Positions 6,954-15,084 of a stretch of 32,000 nt of DNA are shown one piece after another. This DNA comes from Candidatus Saccharimonadota bacterium (lineage in GTDB: Bacteria > Patescibacteriota > Gracilibacteria > UBA1369 > 2-02-FULL-48-14). A program made the position numbers and the translations under genes. The stretch spans positions 930,001 through 962,000 of the forward strand of contig JBAZVE010000001.1 of the NCBI GenBank assembly GCA_041661045.1, given 5' to 3'. The notes below the pieces were generated by a model, which searched no databases, was not told the origin of the DNA, and saw only the letters and a program-made list of their open reading frames with translations. Within the stretch, counting starts at the first letter, position 1; each line of letters opens with the position of its first letter.

Positions 6954-8015
6954 ATGGATATCAATCTTTATCTTAAACAAGTGGCCGATAGCCGCGCGCC
7001 GGATCTCCATCTCAAAGTGGGGCGAGTGCCTTTGGTTCGTTTGGCTAATGGAGAAATTCATGAGATGGAGGATGCGGAACTCATGACGGTTCAGGGGGTT
7101 GAAGAAGTGATTGCCCAGGTTTTGAGCCCTGAAAAGCTCGCTCTTTTTAAAACAAAACAAGAGGTTGATAGCTCCTATGCTTTGATGGGAACGGGGCGGT
7201 TCCGTGTGAATGTCTTTATGGATTCGGACGGACCGGCTTTGGCTTTCCGCAGTATTCCAGGTGAAATCCCCACGCTTGCCGGCTTGGGGCTTCCGGAGAT
7301 TTTGAAACGATTCACGCAAAAATCCAAGGGACTTGTGATTGTGACGGGGCCAACCGGAAGTGGAAAATCCACCACTTTGGCGGCGATGATCAATGAAGTG
7401 AACACCACACGACGGGTGCATATTATTACCGTGGAAGATCCCATTGAATTTGTGCATCAACCCAAAATGGCGCTGATGACTCAAAGGGAAGTGGGGGCTC
7501 ACACGCAATCTTTTCCTTCCGCCATTCGCGCGGCCCTACGGGAAGATCCGGATGTGATTTTGGTGGGAGAAATGCGTGATCTCGAAACCATTTCCGCCGC
7601 CATCACTTTGGCGGAGACGGGACATTTGGTTTTGGCCACTTTGCACACTCAAGATGCCGCGCAAAGCATCGACCGTATCATTGATATTTTCCCTTCTCAT
7701 CAACAAGAACAAATTCGGACTCAGCTTTCCACAACCTTGCTTGGAGTGGTGGCACAACGGCTCATTCCTCGGGTGGATGGAAGCGGACGGGTTCTGGCTC
7801 TTGAAGTTTTGGTGCGCAACGACGCGATCACCAATTGTATTAAAGAAGGAAACACGCATCAAATCTACTCCATGATGCAGATTGGAAGAGAGGATGGAAT
7901 GATCACTTTGGACGCATCTTTGGCTGAACTTTATAAGAATGGACTGATTTCCGAGCAAGACATGTTGCTTCGGGCGCGAGATCCTGAACTCATCGCTAAC
8001 CTCATGCAATCATGA
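6954..8015 (+). CDS. pilT: Type IV pilus retraction ATPase PilT
   Basis: 353 aa. Walker A GPTGSGKSTT; ITVEDPIEF; REDPDVILVGEMRDLETI; His box TGHLVLATLHT. The C-terminal AITNCIKEGNTHQI corresponds to the PilT AIRNLIRE motif. Confidence 0.9.
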   Translation: MDINLYLKQVADSRAPDLHLKVGRVPLVRLANGEIHEMEDAELMTVQGVEEVIAQVLSPEKLALFKTKQEVDSSYALMGTGRFRVNVFMDSDGPALAFRSIPGEIPTLAGLGLPEILKRFTQKSKGLVIVTGPTGSGKSTTLAAMINEVNTTRRVHIITVEDPIEFVHQPKMALMTQREVGAHTQSFPSAIRAALREDPDVILVGEMRDLETISAAITLAETGHLVLATLHTQDAAQSIDRIIDIFPSHQQEQIRTQLSTTLLGVVAQRLIPRVDGSGRVLALEVLVRNDAITNCIKEGNTHQIYSMMQIGREDGMITLDASLAELYKNGLISEQDMLLRARDPELIANLMQS

Positions 8016-8407
8016 GTTCTCCCTTCATCAATTTAACGGATCCGGTTGTTTTTCAAAGTTTTGGTGGGGACGAGTACTGGACTAAAGTAGATTTCCCCGC
8101 GGGCTCTACGATCTTGAAAGAAGGCGAAGATTCTCAGGATTTCTTTTATATTTTTTCCGGTTCGGTTGAAATTACAACGGCCATGAAGCTCCTCGCTACG
8201 CTCGGAGCCGGTGATTTTTTTGGTGAAGCGGCCTTGCTCTCCGACAAAGAAAGAAACGCCACCGTGACGGCCGTGAGTGATACGGTGGTCCTCAAACTTT
8301 CTCAGCCCAAATTTGAAGCCTTGGTGCTCAAAGATGCCCAGGCAGCCGTGGGTATTCTTTTGGGAATCGTAAAGGTCTTGAATGGACGACTTCAAGACAG
8401 GAAATAG
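8012..8407 (+). CDS. Standalone cyclic-nucleotide-binding (CAP/CNB) domain protein
   Basis: 131 aa. ILKEGEDSQDFFYIFSGSVEI...GDFFGEAALLSDKERNATVTAVSDTVVLKL gives the beta-roll plus the phosphate-binding cassette FGE...R-x-A-T. No output domain. Its start overlaps the pilT stop (ATGA at 8012-8015). Confidence 0.8.
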   Translation: MSSPFINLTDPVVFQSFGGDEYWTKVDFPAGSTILKEGEDSQDFFYIFSGSVEITTAMKLLATLGAGDFFGEAALLSDKERNATVTAVSDTVVLKLSQPKFEALVLKDAQAAVGILLGIVKVLNGRLQDRK

Positions 8408-8460
8408 CATTGTTACTTTGGGTCTGTTTCGGTACACTATCTGTGAACCCATTTTCGCGC

Positions 8461-11400
8461 ATGAGCTTGAACCCTATTTTTGAGAAACATATCTTAAATC
8501 TTATCCGCTTCACGGGAGTTCTTTTCGCGGCACTTTTAGCGTCTTTTTTGTTTGTTCAAACTTCTCAAGCTGCTTCCTACACTTGGGATGGGGGCGGATC
8601 CACCACTGCTTGGAGCGAATGTACAAACTGGTCCACCGATGTGTGTCCCGTGGCTGCCGATTCCCTCACTTTTAATGCAACAAGCGTCGAAGATTCCGTC
8701 GTGGATGCGGCGTGGACTGCTTCGAGCGGACAAATCACGGCCCTCACCATCGCCTCCGGTTATTCAGGCACTCTTTCGCTCAGCCGTTCGCTCACGCTCA
8801 GCGGCGCATTTAGCATTGCGGGGGGTACTTTCACTGCAACTGGTCAAACCGTTGATTTTAATGGGGGGTTTACCATTACTGGGGGAACGGTTAATGCGCC
8901 GTTGATCGCGACCGCAGCAGGCAGTTTCACGCATGAAGTTGGAGGAACCTTCAACCACAATAATGGCTCTTGGACTGTGGATGGGTCCAGCCAGGTGACC
9001 TACGGCGTTGCGGTCACAGAAGACTTTTATGACTTTACTGTAAACAATACTCAAGCTACTTTTGGGGCTTTACTCATTTCGAATGGAGACACCTTGGTGG
9101 CGAACAACAACCTCAACTTAATAGATGGAGCGATTGTGACGGGCACGCTCGATGCCAAGGGTTCAACGGTGACCATTGGTGCTGATTTTGGACTTGCTGC
9201 GAATGGCACCGGTACTCTTCGCATCAATGGAGCCGGAGTTCAAACGGTAAGCATTGCCTCTCAGACGACAGCGACCTTTGAGCCCGTGTATCAATTCACC
9301 GTGGGGAATTCCAATGCCACCGTTACAGGTACGGGAGCGACGGGCCGGGTTGGTTTTGAAAGACTCAGTGTGAACTTTGGAACCGTGGACATGACGGGTT
9401 ATACTTTTGCCTCCAATGCTGCGGTTTCTGTGGCGGGAGGGACTTTGACGCTTGGAAGCGGGACCCACACCTTCACAAGTACTTTCGCCATTTCTTCCGG
9501 TACCTTCAATGGAGGAAGTGGCAATCTTGACTTCAACAGCACTCTCACCATTTCCGGGGGTACCTTCAATGCTGCTTCGGGGAACACCTTGGTGCAAAGC
9601 AATTTCACTCATATAGCGGGAGGAACCTTCGCTCACAACAGTGGAACGGTCATTGCGGATGGGGGTACTTCGACTTGGAATTTTGCCACCTCAGAAATTT
9701 TTAATAATTTTACTGTGGATTGTACGGATGGTTTCGTAATGACTATTTCAAGCGGGGATACCTTGATTGTAGAAGGAACTTTGAATCTCACCGATGGGGC
9801 GGTGGGGTCGGGAACATTGCGAGTGGAAGGAACGGCGGTGAATATTTCGGTCGATTATGATGGGGGAACCGGCCCCATGCAATTTCGAGAAGGGGCGGAT
9901 CAAACCTTGACCTTGGCGGCTCCTGGAGATTTTAATGCCGATATCACCGTGAACAAAACAGCGGGAACGGTGACGCTTGTGGGGGCAATGACTTTGAATG
10001 CCGCTTCACAAGACCTCATTTTGACCGCAGGGACTTTTGACCTCAACGGCTACAATGTGACAGTGAATGGGACCACCAGCACCATGACGGTTGCTTCAGG
10101 GGCCACTTTGCGTTTGCAAGGAGGGGAGACCATCACCGCGCTTGCGACCTATCCTTCTTTAGCGACCGGCTCCACGGTGTATTACGACGGGGGGTCTTCT
10201 TATACTCTCAAAGATTATACCTATCACCACCTTACGATTGACGGCACTCTTGGGGTCTTTACCCTGGCGGCCAATGAAAGCATTGCTGGGAATCTGACGA
10301 TCATTGCTGGTACCCTTTCTCAGGGTGGTTACACGCTGGGAGTCACCGGTACGGTCAGCAACGATGGCACTTTGCGACGATTTCAAACGGAGGCATTCAC
10401 GGGCACCATGGACACGGACTCCGGAACGGTTGAATACATTGGAAACGGGGATGGAGTGGTGGATGCCGTGACGATTACGGATTTTGGTGGGACGGATTAT
10501 TATACTTTGAAAATCAACGATGCGAATGCGACGAAAGATACCTTTACTATTGGAGGGGGGCTTTCGGTCACTACCTTGCAGGTCACCAGCAGTGAGTTCA
10601 TCCAAGGGGCAAACAGTGTTACCGCCACCACCCTGACGGTGGATGGTGGAACCTTCACCGGTTCAACGGGGGCGCTGGACATCAATGGCAATGTGACGCT
10701 TTCTTCGGGAACTCTTACGGCACCCAATGGTAGCGGATCCTTTGCGGTGCAAGGCAATTTCACGAAAAGCGGGGGGACCTTCACCCACAACAGTGGAACG
10801 GTGGTTTTGGATGCGAACGGCACCCCCACACTTACGGGGAGTGTATCGTGGAACTCCCTCACCCTGCAAGACACCAATGACAACGCCACCGACACCATGC
10901 TGACGGTGGAGGCGGGTTCCACACAAACTTTTGAGGGAACGCTCACGCTTGATGGGCTTGATGCCAGTGATCGTTTAAACATCGTTTCCTCCTCTGCCGG
11001 ATCTTTGGCTACCTTTACTTTTTCGGGATCTTCCACCTTTAGTGGGGACTTTTTGGATGTGATGGACAACACCCTCGTGGACTCTTCCACGGGTATTTCT
11101 TCACCCCTCAATCCCGCCAACTCCGTGGATAGTGGGAATGCCACCAATTGGTTTGTAACTGTGATTTTAGATTCCATTGTCATTACGGATAACAGTGGCT
11201 ACACGAATGACGCAACGCCGGTCATCACCATCTCTGAGAGTGGAACCGCGCCCACGCATGTGGCTTTTTCTTGTAATGGGGGGGGCAACTGGAGTTCATG
11301 GATCGCGTACCCAGTCGATGACATTGTGAGCACCTTCAACATCACTTCAGACGCCACGGGATGCAGTGCGACGGATGGGGAAAAAACTATTTCTGCAAAG

Positions 11401-13398
11401 ATCAAAGACGCTAGCAACGAGTCTTCCACCGTTTCAGACACCACGACTTACGACACCACAGCACCAACGGTTGTTTCGGTGAGCTCTTCCAATGCCGATG
11501 GGAACTATGGTGTGGGTGAAGTGATTACGGTAACCGTGCAATTCACCGATTCCACCATGCAGGTCACGGGTACGCCTCAACTTGAACTGGATATGGATGG
11601 TACGAACCGCCAGGCAAGCTACACCAGCACCAGCACCACCACGCTTTCTTTCACCTACACGGTGGTGACGGGCGATAATAAAACAGATTTGGACTATACG
11701 GGTACTGGAGCGCTCACCTTGAACAGTGGGACCATTAAAGATATTGCCGGGAATACGGCAACGCTCACGCTGGCTTCGCCCGGAGCTGCAGGATCTTTGG
11801 GGGCGAATAAAGCTATCAATGTGGTGACCAATCAAAATCCAAGCGTGGCCAGTGTTACCGGAACGCAAAGCAGTGCCGGAGATGGAGACATCGTGATCAC
11901 CTTCATTATGGATGATGCCGATGACGACAACACCCTTCAAGCAAAAATCGAATACAGTTTAAATGGAGGTTCTTCTTGGGCCGACCCCACGCTTTCCACA
12001 ACGGGGAGTGAAACCTTTGCCACTTTTGGAGATCCGGGTATAGATAATGCTCAAACACGACAGGTGGGACAAACCACATACATCACTTCTTCAAGCGGAG
12101 CCAACACAGTGACGATTCGTTGGGAGGCGGCTACGGATATTGCGGCTTCCACGGATATTGCGAATGCGCGGATTCGAGTTACCCCTTATGATGGAACTAT
12201 AGACGGAACGGCCGGATCCAGCAGTGATTTCATCATTGATTTGGTGGATCCCACCGGGCTGGCAAACGGGGATTTCTCCATCAATTCTCAGACCTCCTTT
12301 ACCCTCAATTGGACCGCTGTTACGGAGAGTAATTTTGATCATTATGAAATTTGGTATGGTACGAGTTCCTCTGATGTTTCTTCACGCAGTGGAACTGCTT
12401 TGGAATGGGATAATAGTGATGACGCCGCTTTAGCCACTCGCACCACCACTTCAACCGTTCTCACCAGTTCCAGCGGTCTTTCCGGTCATTTCTTCCAAGT
12501 GTTTGCGGTGGATGATTTTGGTAACGAAAGTACCGTGACCGGGTACACCATTCAAGTGGCGAGCAGTTCCAGTTCTTCCGGTACCTCCGATTCCAACAAT
12601 AGCTCCAGTGGATCTACTGGAGGTTCCAGTGGTGGAGGTGGAGGAGGATCTTCCGGAAGTGGTTCTAATGATGAGGAAGAAGAGGCCGTGGAAGAAGAGC
12701 CTGTAGAGGAGACTGTGGAAGAAGAACCCGTTGAGGAAGAGGAATCCGACAGCTTTTGGGATGATTACAGCGTGCCGGATCACTGGTCTAGTGGATACAT
12801 TAAGTATTTGGAGGAACAGGATAATATTGTGGAGGTGGCCATTCAGATCCCCACATTCACGGAAATTTTGGAAGGCATTTTCTTAGGACCGAACTTGGGT
12901 GTGAGCAGAGGAGAGGCCACGGAGTTTTTGATTGCGCTTGCGGGATACCAAGTGGATTCCATCAGCATCAATGTGAGGGATTTGATCTTCAGTGATGTGG
13001 ATGAAAACAATCCTCGAGTGGGATTCATTCAGTTTGCGTATGAGCAGATGTTGATTGGTGGGTATCCGGACGGGTCGTTTCAGCCCGACCGAGTGATCAA
13101 TCGAGCGGAGGCGCTTAAATTGATCTCCTTTTTCTTTGGGATTACCGTGGACAGTGGCTTGCGAGGGCAATCCCTGTTGGATGAGTACGGTCTCTCCGAA
13201 AGCCCTTTCACCGATATTGATTTGGAGGCATGGTACGCACCCTTTGTTATTCATGCGTATAGTTATGGAGTGATTCATGGGTATGGAGATGGCACCTTTG
13301 GACCTGCCAATGAGGTGAGCTATGCGGAGTTCCTAAAAATGTCCACGCTTATCCAAAATCTTGAAATCGCTGTTGAGCTGGCGGAGGAACTCCAGTAA
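8461..13398 (+). CDS. Giant secreted surface protein: beta-helix-like repeats, Ig/FN3-like domains, acidic linker and three C-terminal SLH domains
   Basis: Signal peptide ...VLFAALLASFLFVQTSQA/ASYTWDGGG. The first ~850 aa are rich in GGTFT/GTL repeats. An FTH..GGTF.HN.G(S/T) motif recurs at DNA positions ~8926, ~9603 and ~10759. Adhesin-type Ig-like units follow (VTVQF...VTGTPQLELDM...SFTYTVVTGDNKTDLDY...GTIKDIAGNTA), then an FN3-like unit (FTLNWTAVTESNFDHYEIWYG). The C-terminus has SLH-like repeats (FSDVDENNPRVGFIQFAYEQMLIGGYPDGSFQPD; FTDIDLEAWYAPFVIHAYSYGVIHGYGDGTFGP). I prefer the ATG at 8461 over the track's TTG at 8410. Confidence 0.85.
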   Translation: MSLNPIFEKHILNLIRFTGVLFAALLASFLFVQTSQAASYTWDGGGSTTAWSECTNWSTDVCPVAADSLTFNATSVEDSVVDAAWTASSGQITALTIASGYSGTLSLSRSLTLSGAFSIAGGTFTATGQTVDFNGGFTITGGTVNAPLIATAAGSFTHEVGGTFNHNNGSWTVDGSSQVTYGVAVTEDFYDFTVNNTQATFGALLISNGDTLVANNNLNLIDGAIVTGTLDAKGSTVTIGADFGLAANGTGTLRINGAGVQTVSIASQTTATFEPVYQFTVGNSNATVTGTGATGRVGFERLSVNFGTVDMTGYTFASNAAVSVAGGTLTLGSGTHTFTSTFAISSGTFNGGSGNLDFNSTLTISGGTFNAASGNTLVQSNFTHIAGGTFAHNSGTVIADGGTSTWNFATSEIFNNFTVDCTDGFVMTISSGDTLIVEGTLNLTDGAVGSGTLRVEGTAVNISVDYDGGTGPMQFREGADQTLTLAAPGDFNADITVNKTAGTVTLVGAMTLNAASQDLILTAGTFDLNGYNVTVNGTTSTMTVASGATLRLQGGETITALATYPSLATGSTVYYDGGSSYTLKDYTYHHLTIDGTLGVFTLAANESIAGNLTIIAGTLSQGGYTLGVTGTVSNDGTLRRFQTEAFTGTMDTDSGTVEYIGNGDGVVDAVTITDFGGTDYYTLKINDANATKDTFTIGGGLSVTTLQVTSSEFIQGANSVTATTLTVDGGTFTGSTGALDINGNVTLSSGTLTAPNGSGSFAVQGNFTKSGGTFTHNSGTVVLDANGTPTLTGSVSWNSLTLQDTNDNATDTMLTVEAGSTQTFEGTLTLDGLDASDRLNIVSSSAGSLATFTFSGSSTFSGDFLDVMDNTLVDSSTGISSPLNPANSVDSGNATNWFVTVILDSIVITDNSGYTNDATPVITISESGTAPTHVAFSCNGGGNWSSWIAYPVDDIVSTFNITSDATGCSATDGEKTISAKIKDASNESSTVSDTTTYDTTAPTVVSVSSSNADGNYGVGEVITVTVQFTDSTMQVTGTPQLELDMDGTNRQASYTSTSTTTLSFTYTVVTGDNKTDLDYTGTGALTLNSGTIKDIAGNTATLTLASPGAAGSLGANKAINVVTNQNPSVASVTGTQSSAGDGDIVITFIMDDADDDNTLQAKIEYSLNGGSSWADPTLSTTGSETFATFGDPGIDNAQTRQVGQTTYITSSSGANTVTIRWEAATDIAASTDIANARIRVTPYDGTIDGTAGSSSDFIIDLVDPTGLANGDFSINSQTSFTLNWTAVTESNFDHYEIWYGTSSSDVSSRSGTALEWDNSDDAALATRTTTSTVLTSSSGLSGHFFQVFAVDDFGNESTVTGYTIQVASSSSSSGTSDSNNSSSGSTGGSSGGGGGGSSGSGSNDEEEEAVEEEPVEETVEEEPVEEEESDSFWDDYSVPDHWSSGYIKYLEEQDNIVEVAIQIPTFTEILEGIFLGPNLGVSRGEATEFLIALAGYQVDSISINVRDLIFSDVDENNPRVGFIQFAYEQMLIGGYPDGSFQPDRVINRAEALKLISFFFGITVDSGLRGQSLLDEYGLSESPFTDIDLEAWYAPFVIHAYSYGVIHGYGDGTFGPANEVSYAEFLKMSTLIQNLEIAVELAEELQ
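12559..12750 (+). repeat. Low-complexity Ser/Gly then Glu/Val/Pro linker within the giant surface protein
   Basis: Encodes ASSSSSSGTSDSNNSSSGSTGGSSGGGGGGSSGSGSNDEEEEAVEEEPVEETVEEEPVEEEESD. It lies immediately before the SLH region. Confidence 0.75.
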
Positions 13399-13419
13399 GA
13401 TGGGGAAGACTTATTCGCC

Positions 13420-13767
13420 ATGATGGACGACATTATTATTCCAGACGAGAATGAAGATGAGGATGAAGCCGTCCCCGTTGCTTTTGAAAAACAAGCGCTT
13501 GAGGGGTCACGAGGGGGGCATCCTTCCGGGCTCAACCCTTCGGGCTATGTGAAGATTTCTTTTGATCGATTTGTGGCCTTGGTGGCCAATCACAGCTTTT
13601 TGGAGACCGTGGAACGCAATAAAAATGAAGAGGTGGTTCTGAGCACAAATTTGCTCACGGACTTGGCGAATGCGCGACGGTATTCTCCCAACACACGGAT
13701 GCCTCTCTTGATTGCAGGGGGGATTGCGGTGGGTATTTTGCTTGGTTACCTTATTTTCAACTCATGA
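13420..13767 (+). CDS. Hypothetical tail-anchored membrane protein (orf115)
   Basis: 115 aa. Acidic N-terminus (DDIIIPDENEDEDE) and a single C-terminal TM helix (MPLLIAGGIAVGILLGYLIF). Its stop overlaps the pyrH start (ATGA at 13764-13767). Confidence 0.5.
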   Translation: MMDDIIIPDENEDEDEAVPVAFEKQALEGSRGGHPSGLNPSGYVKISFDRFVALVANHSFLETVERNKNEEVVLSTNLLTDLANARRYSPNTRMPLLIAGGIAVGILLGYLIFNS

Positions 13768-14471
13768 AGACAAAGAAAGCTCGAAGGATTCTCCTCAAAG
13801 TCTCCGGGGAAATGATGGCGGAACAAGGGCAGGGGGCCGATGCCGCCGCCGTGCTTAAACTGGCTCAGGATATTAAGGCGCTTTGGAAAAAGAAAATTCA
13901 AGTGGCCATTGTGATGGGCGGCGGCAATTTTTGGCGCTATCGTGACAATAAAAAATTGAGTATTTCGCGCAGCGCTTCAGATGCCATTGGGATGCTTGCC
14001 ACCATGATGAATGCGCGGCTTTTGCAGGAAGCCCTGGAATCGATTGGAGTCCCGGCGAAATCCCTTTCGGCACATGGAAATTTTTATTTCACGGAGCCTT
14101 ATGTGCCTTCTCGTGGCAAAGCGTTGCTGGATAAAGGAACGGTTGTGATTTGTGGAGGAGGAACGGGGAATGCGTACTTTACAACAGACACGGCTGCGGC
14201 GCTTCGGGCTCTGGAATTGGAGTGCAGCGTGCTTTTAAAAGAGACCAAGGTCTCCGGCGTGTACGATAAAGATCCCATGAAGTACAAAAACGCAAAGCTT
14301 CTTCCGAAAATTTCTTATGAGGAGGTGTTGAAACGGGAGTTGCAAGTCATGGATTTGAGCGCTATTTTGCTGTGCAGTGAGAACAAGCTTCCCATTGTGG
14401 TTTTTCAGGGGAAGGCAGGCAATTTGCTCAAGGCCGCGACCGGCAAGAAAATTGGCTCCATTATCTCCTAA
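13764..14471 (+). CDS. pyrH: UMP kinase
   Basis: 235 aa. RILLKVSGEMM..., VAIVMGGGNFWR, VVICGGGTGNAYFTTDTAAALRA and GVYDKDP are typical PyrH motifs. Confidence 0.92.
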   Translation: MKTKKARRILLKVSGEMMAEQGQGADAAAVLKLAQDIKALWKKKIQVAIVMGGGNFWRYRDNKKLSISRSASDAIGMLATMMNARLLQEALESIGVPAKSLSAHGNFYFTEPYVPSRGKALLDKGTVVICGGGTGNAYFTTDTAAALRALELECSVLLKETKVSGVYDKDPMKYKNAKLLPKISYEEVLKRELQVMDLSAILLCSENKLPIVVFQGKAGNLLKAATGKKIGSIIS

Positions 14472-14498
14472 TATTTCTTAAAAAAACTTAAACTTTTT

Positions 14499-15056
14499 AT
14501 GGCTCATCCCCTCGTACAAAAAAGCAAACAGGATTTTATCAAGGCTATTGAGCATCTTTCTGATGAATTCAATAAGCTTCAAATTGGACGAGCTTCCAGT
14601 GGGATGGTGGATACTTTGATGGTGGAATCGTATGGGGTGATGCAACCCATCAAAAATCTGGCCAGTGTGAGTATTCCGGACGCTCGAACCATTCAAATTC
14701 AACCGTGGGATCGGTCCACTTTGGCCGGCATCGAAAAAGCCATTCGTGATTCTGACCTGAATCTCAATCCGAGCAACAACGGGCTTGCGGTTATGTTGAA
14801 TATTCCACCGCTCACTGAGGAACGCCGCCGGGATTTGGTGAAGGTGGTGGGCCGCATGTCGGAGGAAGCCAAAATTGCGGTGCGCAATTTGCGTCATGAG
14901 GCCATGGCCGTTTTTAAAAAAATGGAACATGCCGAAGAGATGAGTGAGGATGAACGGAAAGGTGCTGAGAATGCGCTTCAAGAAGAAGTGGACGCCATCA
15001 ACAAACAAATTGAGGAACTGGCGAAGAAGAAAGAGGACGCTATAATGACATTATAA
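14499..15056 (+). CDS. frr: Ribosome recycling factor
   Basis: 185 aa. ...LQIGRASSGMVDTLMVESYG...IQPWD...IEKAIRDSDLNLNPSNNG...IPPLTEERRRDLVK..., the canonical RRF pattern. Confidence 0.95.
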   Translation: MAHPLVQKSKQDFIKAIEHLSDEFNKLQIGRASSGMVDTLMVESYGVMQPIKNLASVSIPDARTIQIQPWDRSTLAGIEKAIRDSDLNLNPSNNGLAVMLNIPPLTEERRRDLVKVVGRMSEEAKIAVRNLRHEAMAVFKKMEHAEEMSEDERKGAENALQEEVDAINKQIEELAKKKEDAIMTL

Positions 15057-15084
15057 GCGGCATCAATATAAACATAATAAACCT

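Noticed and set aside
6283-6976. ORFs 6283-6939(-), 6537-6929(-) and 6737-6976(+) over the Pro/Ala-rich region
   Set aside because: GC-rich low-complexity DNA stays open in several frames. Their products are Gly/Ala/Arg-rich mirror images of the PA tail of orf392.
8013-8015. Alternative genetic code (UGA recoded, as in some candidate phyla)
   Set aside because: TGA terminates well-defined genes at the expected lengths (pilT at 8013-8015, orf115 at 13765-13767, the Yip1-like gene at 26911-26913). Conserved proteins read through without in-frame TGA.
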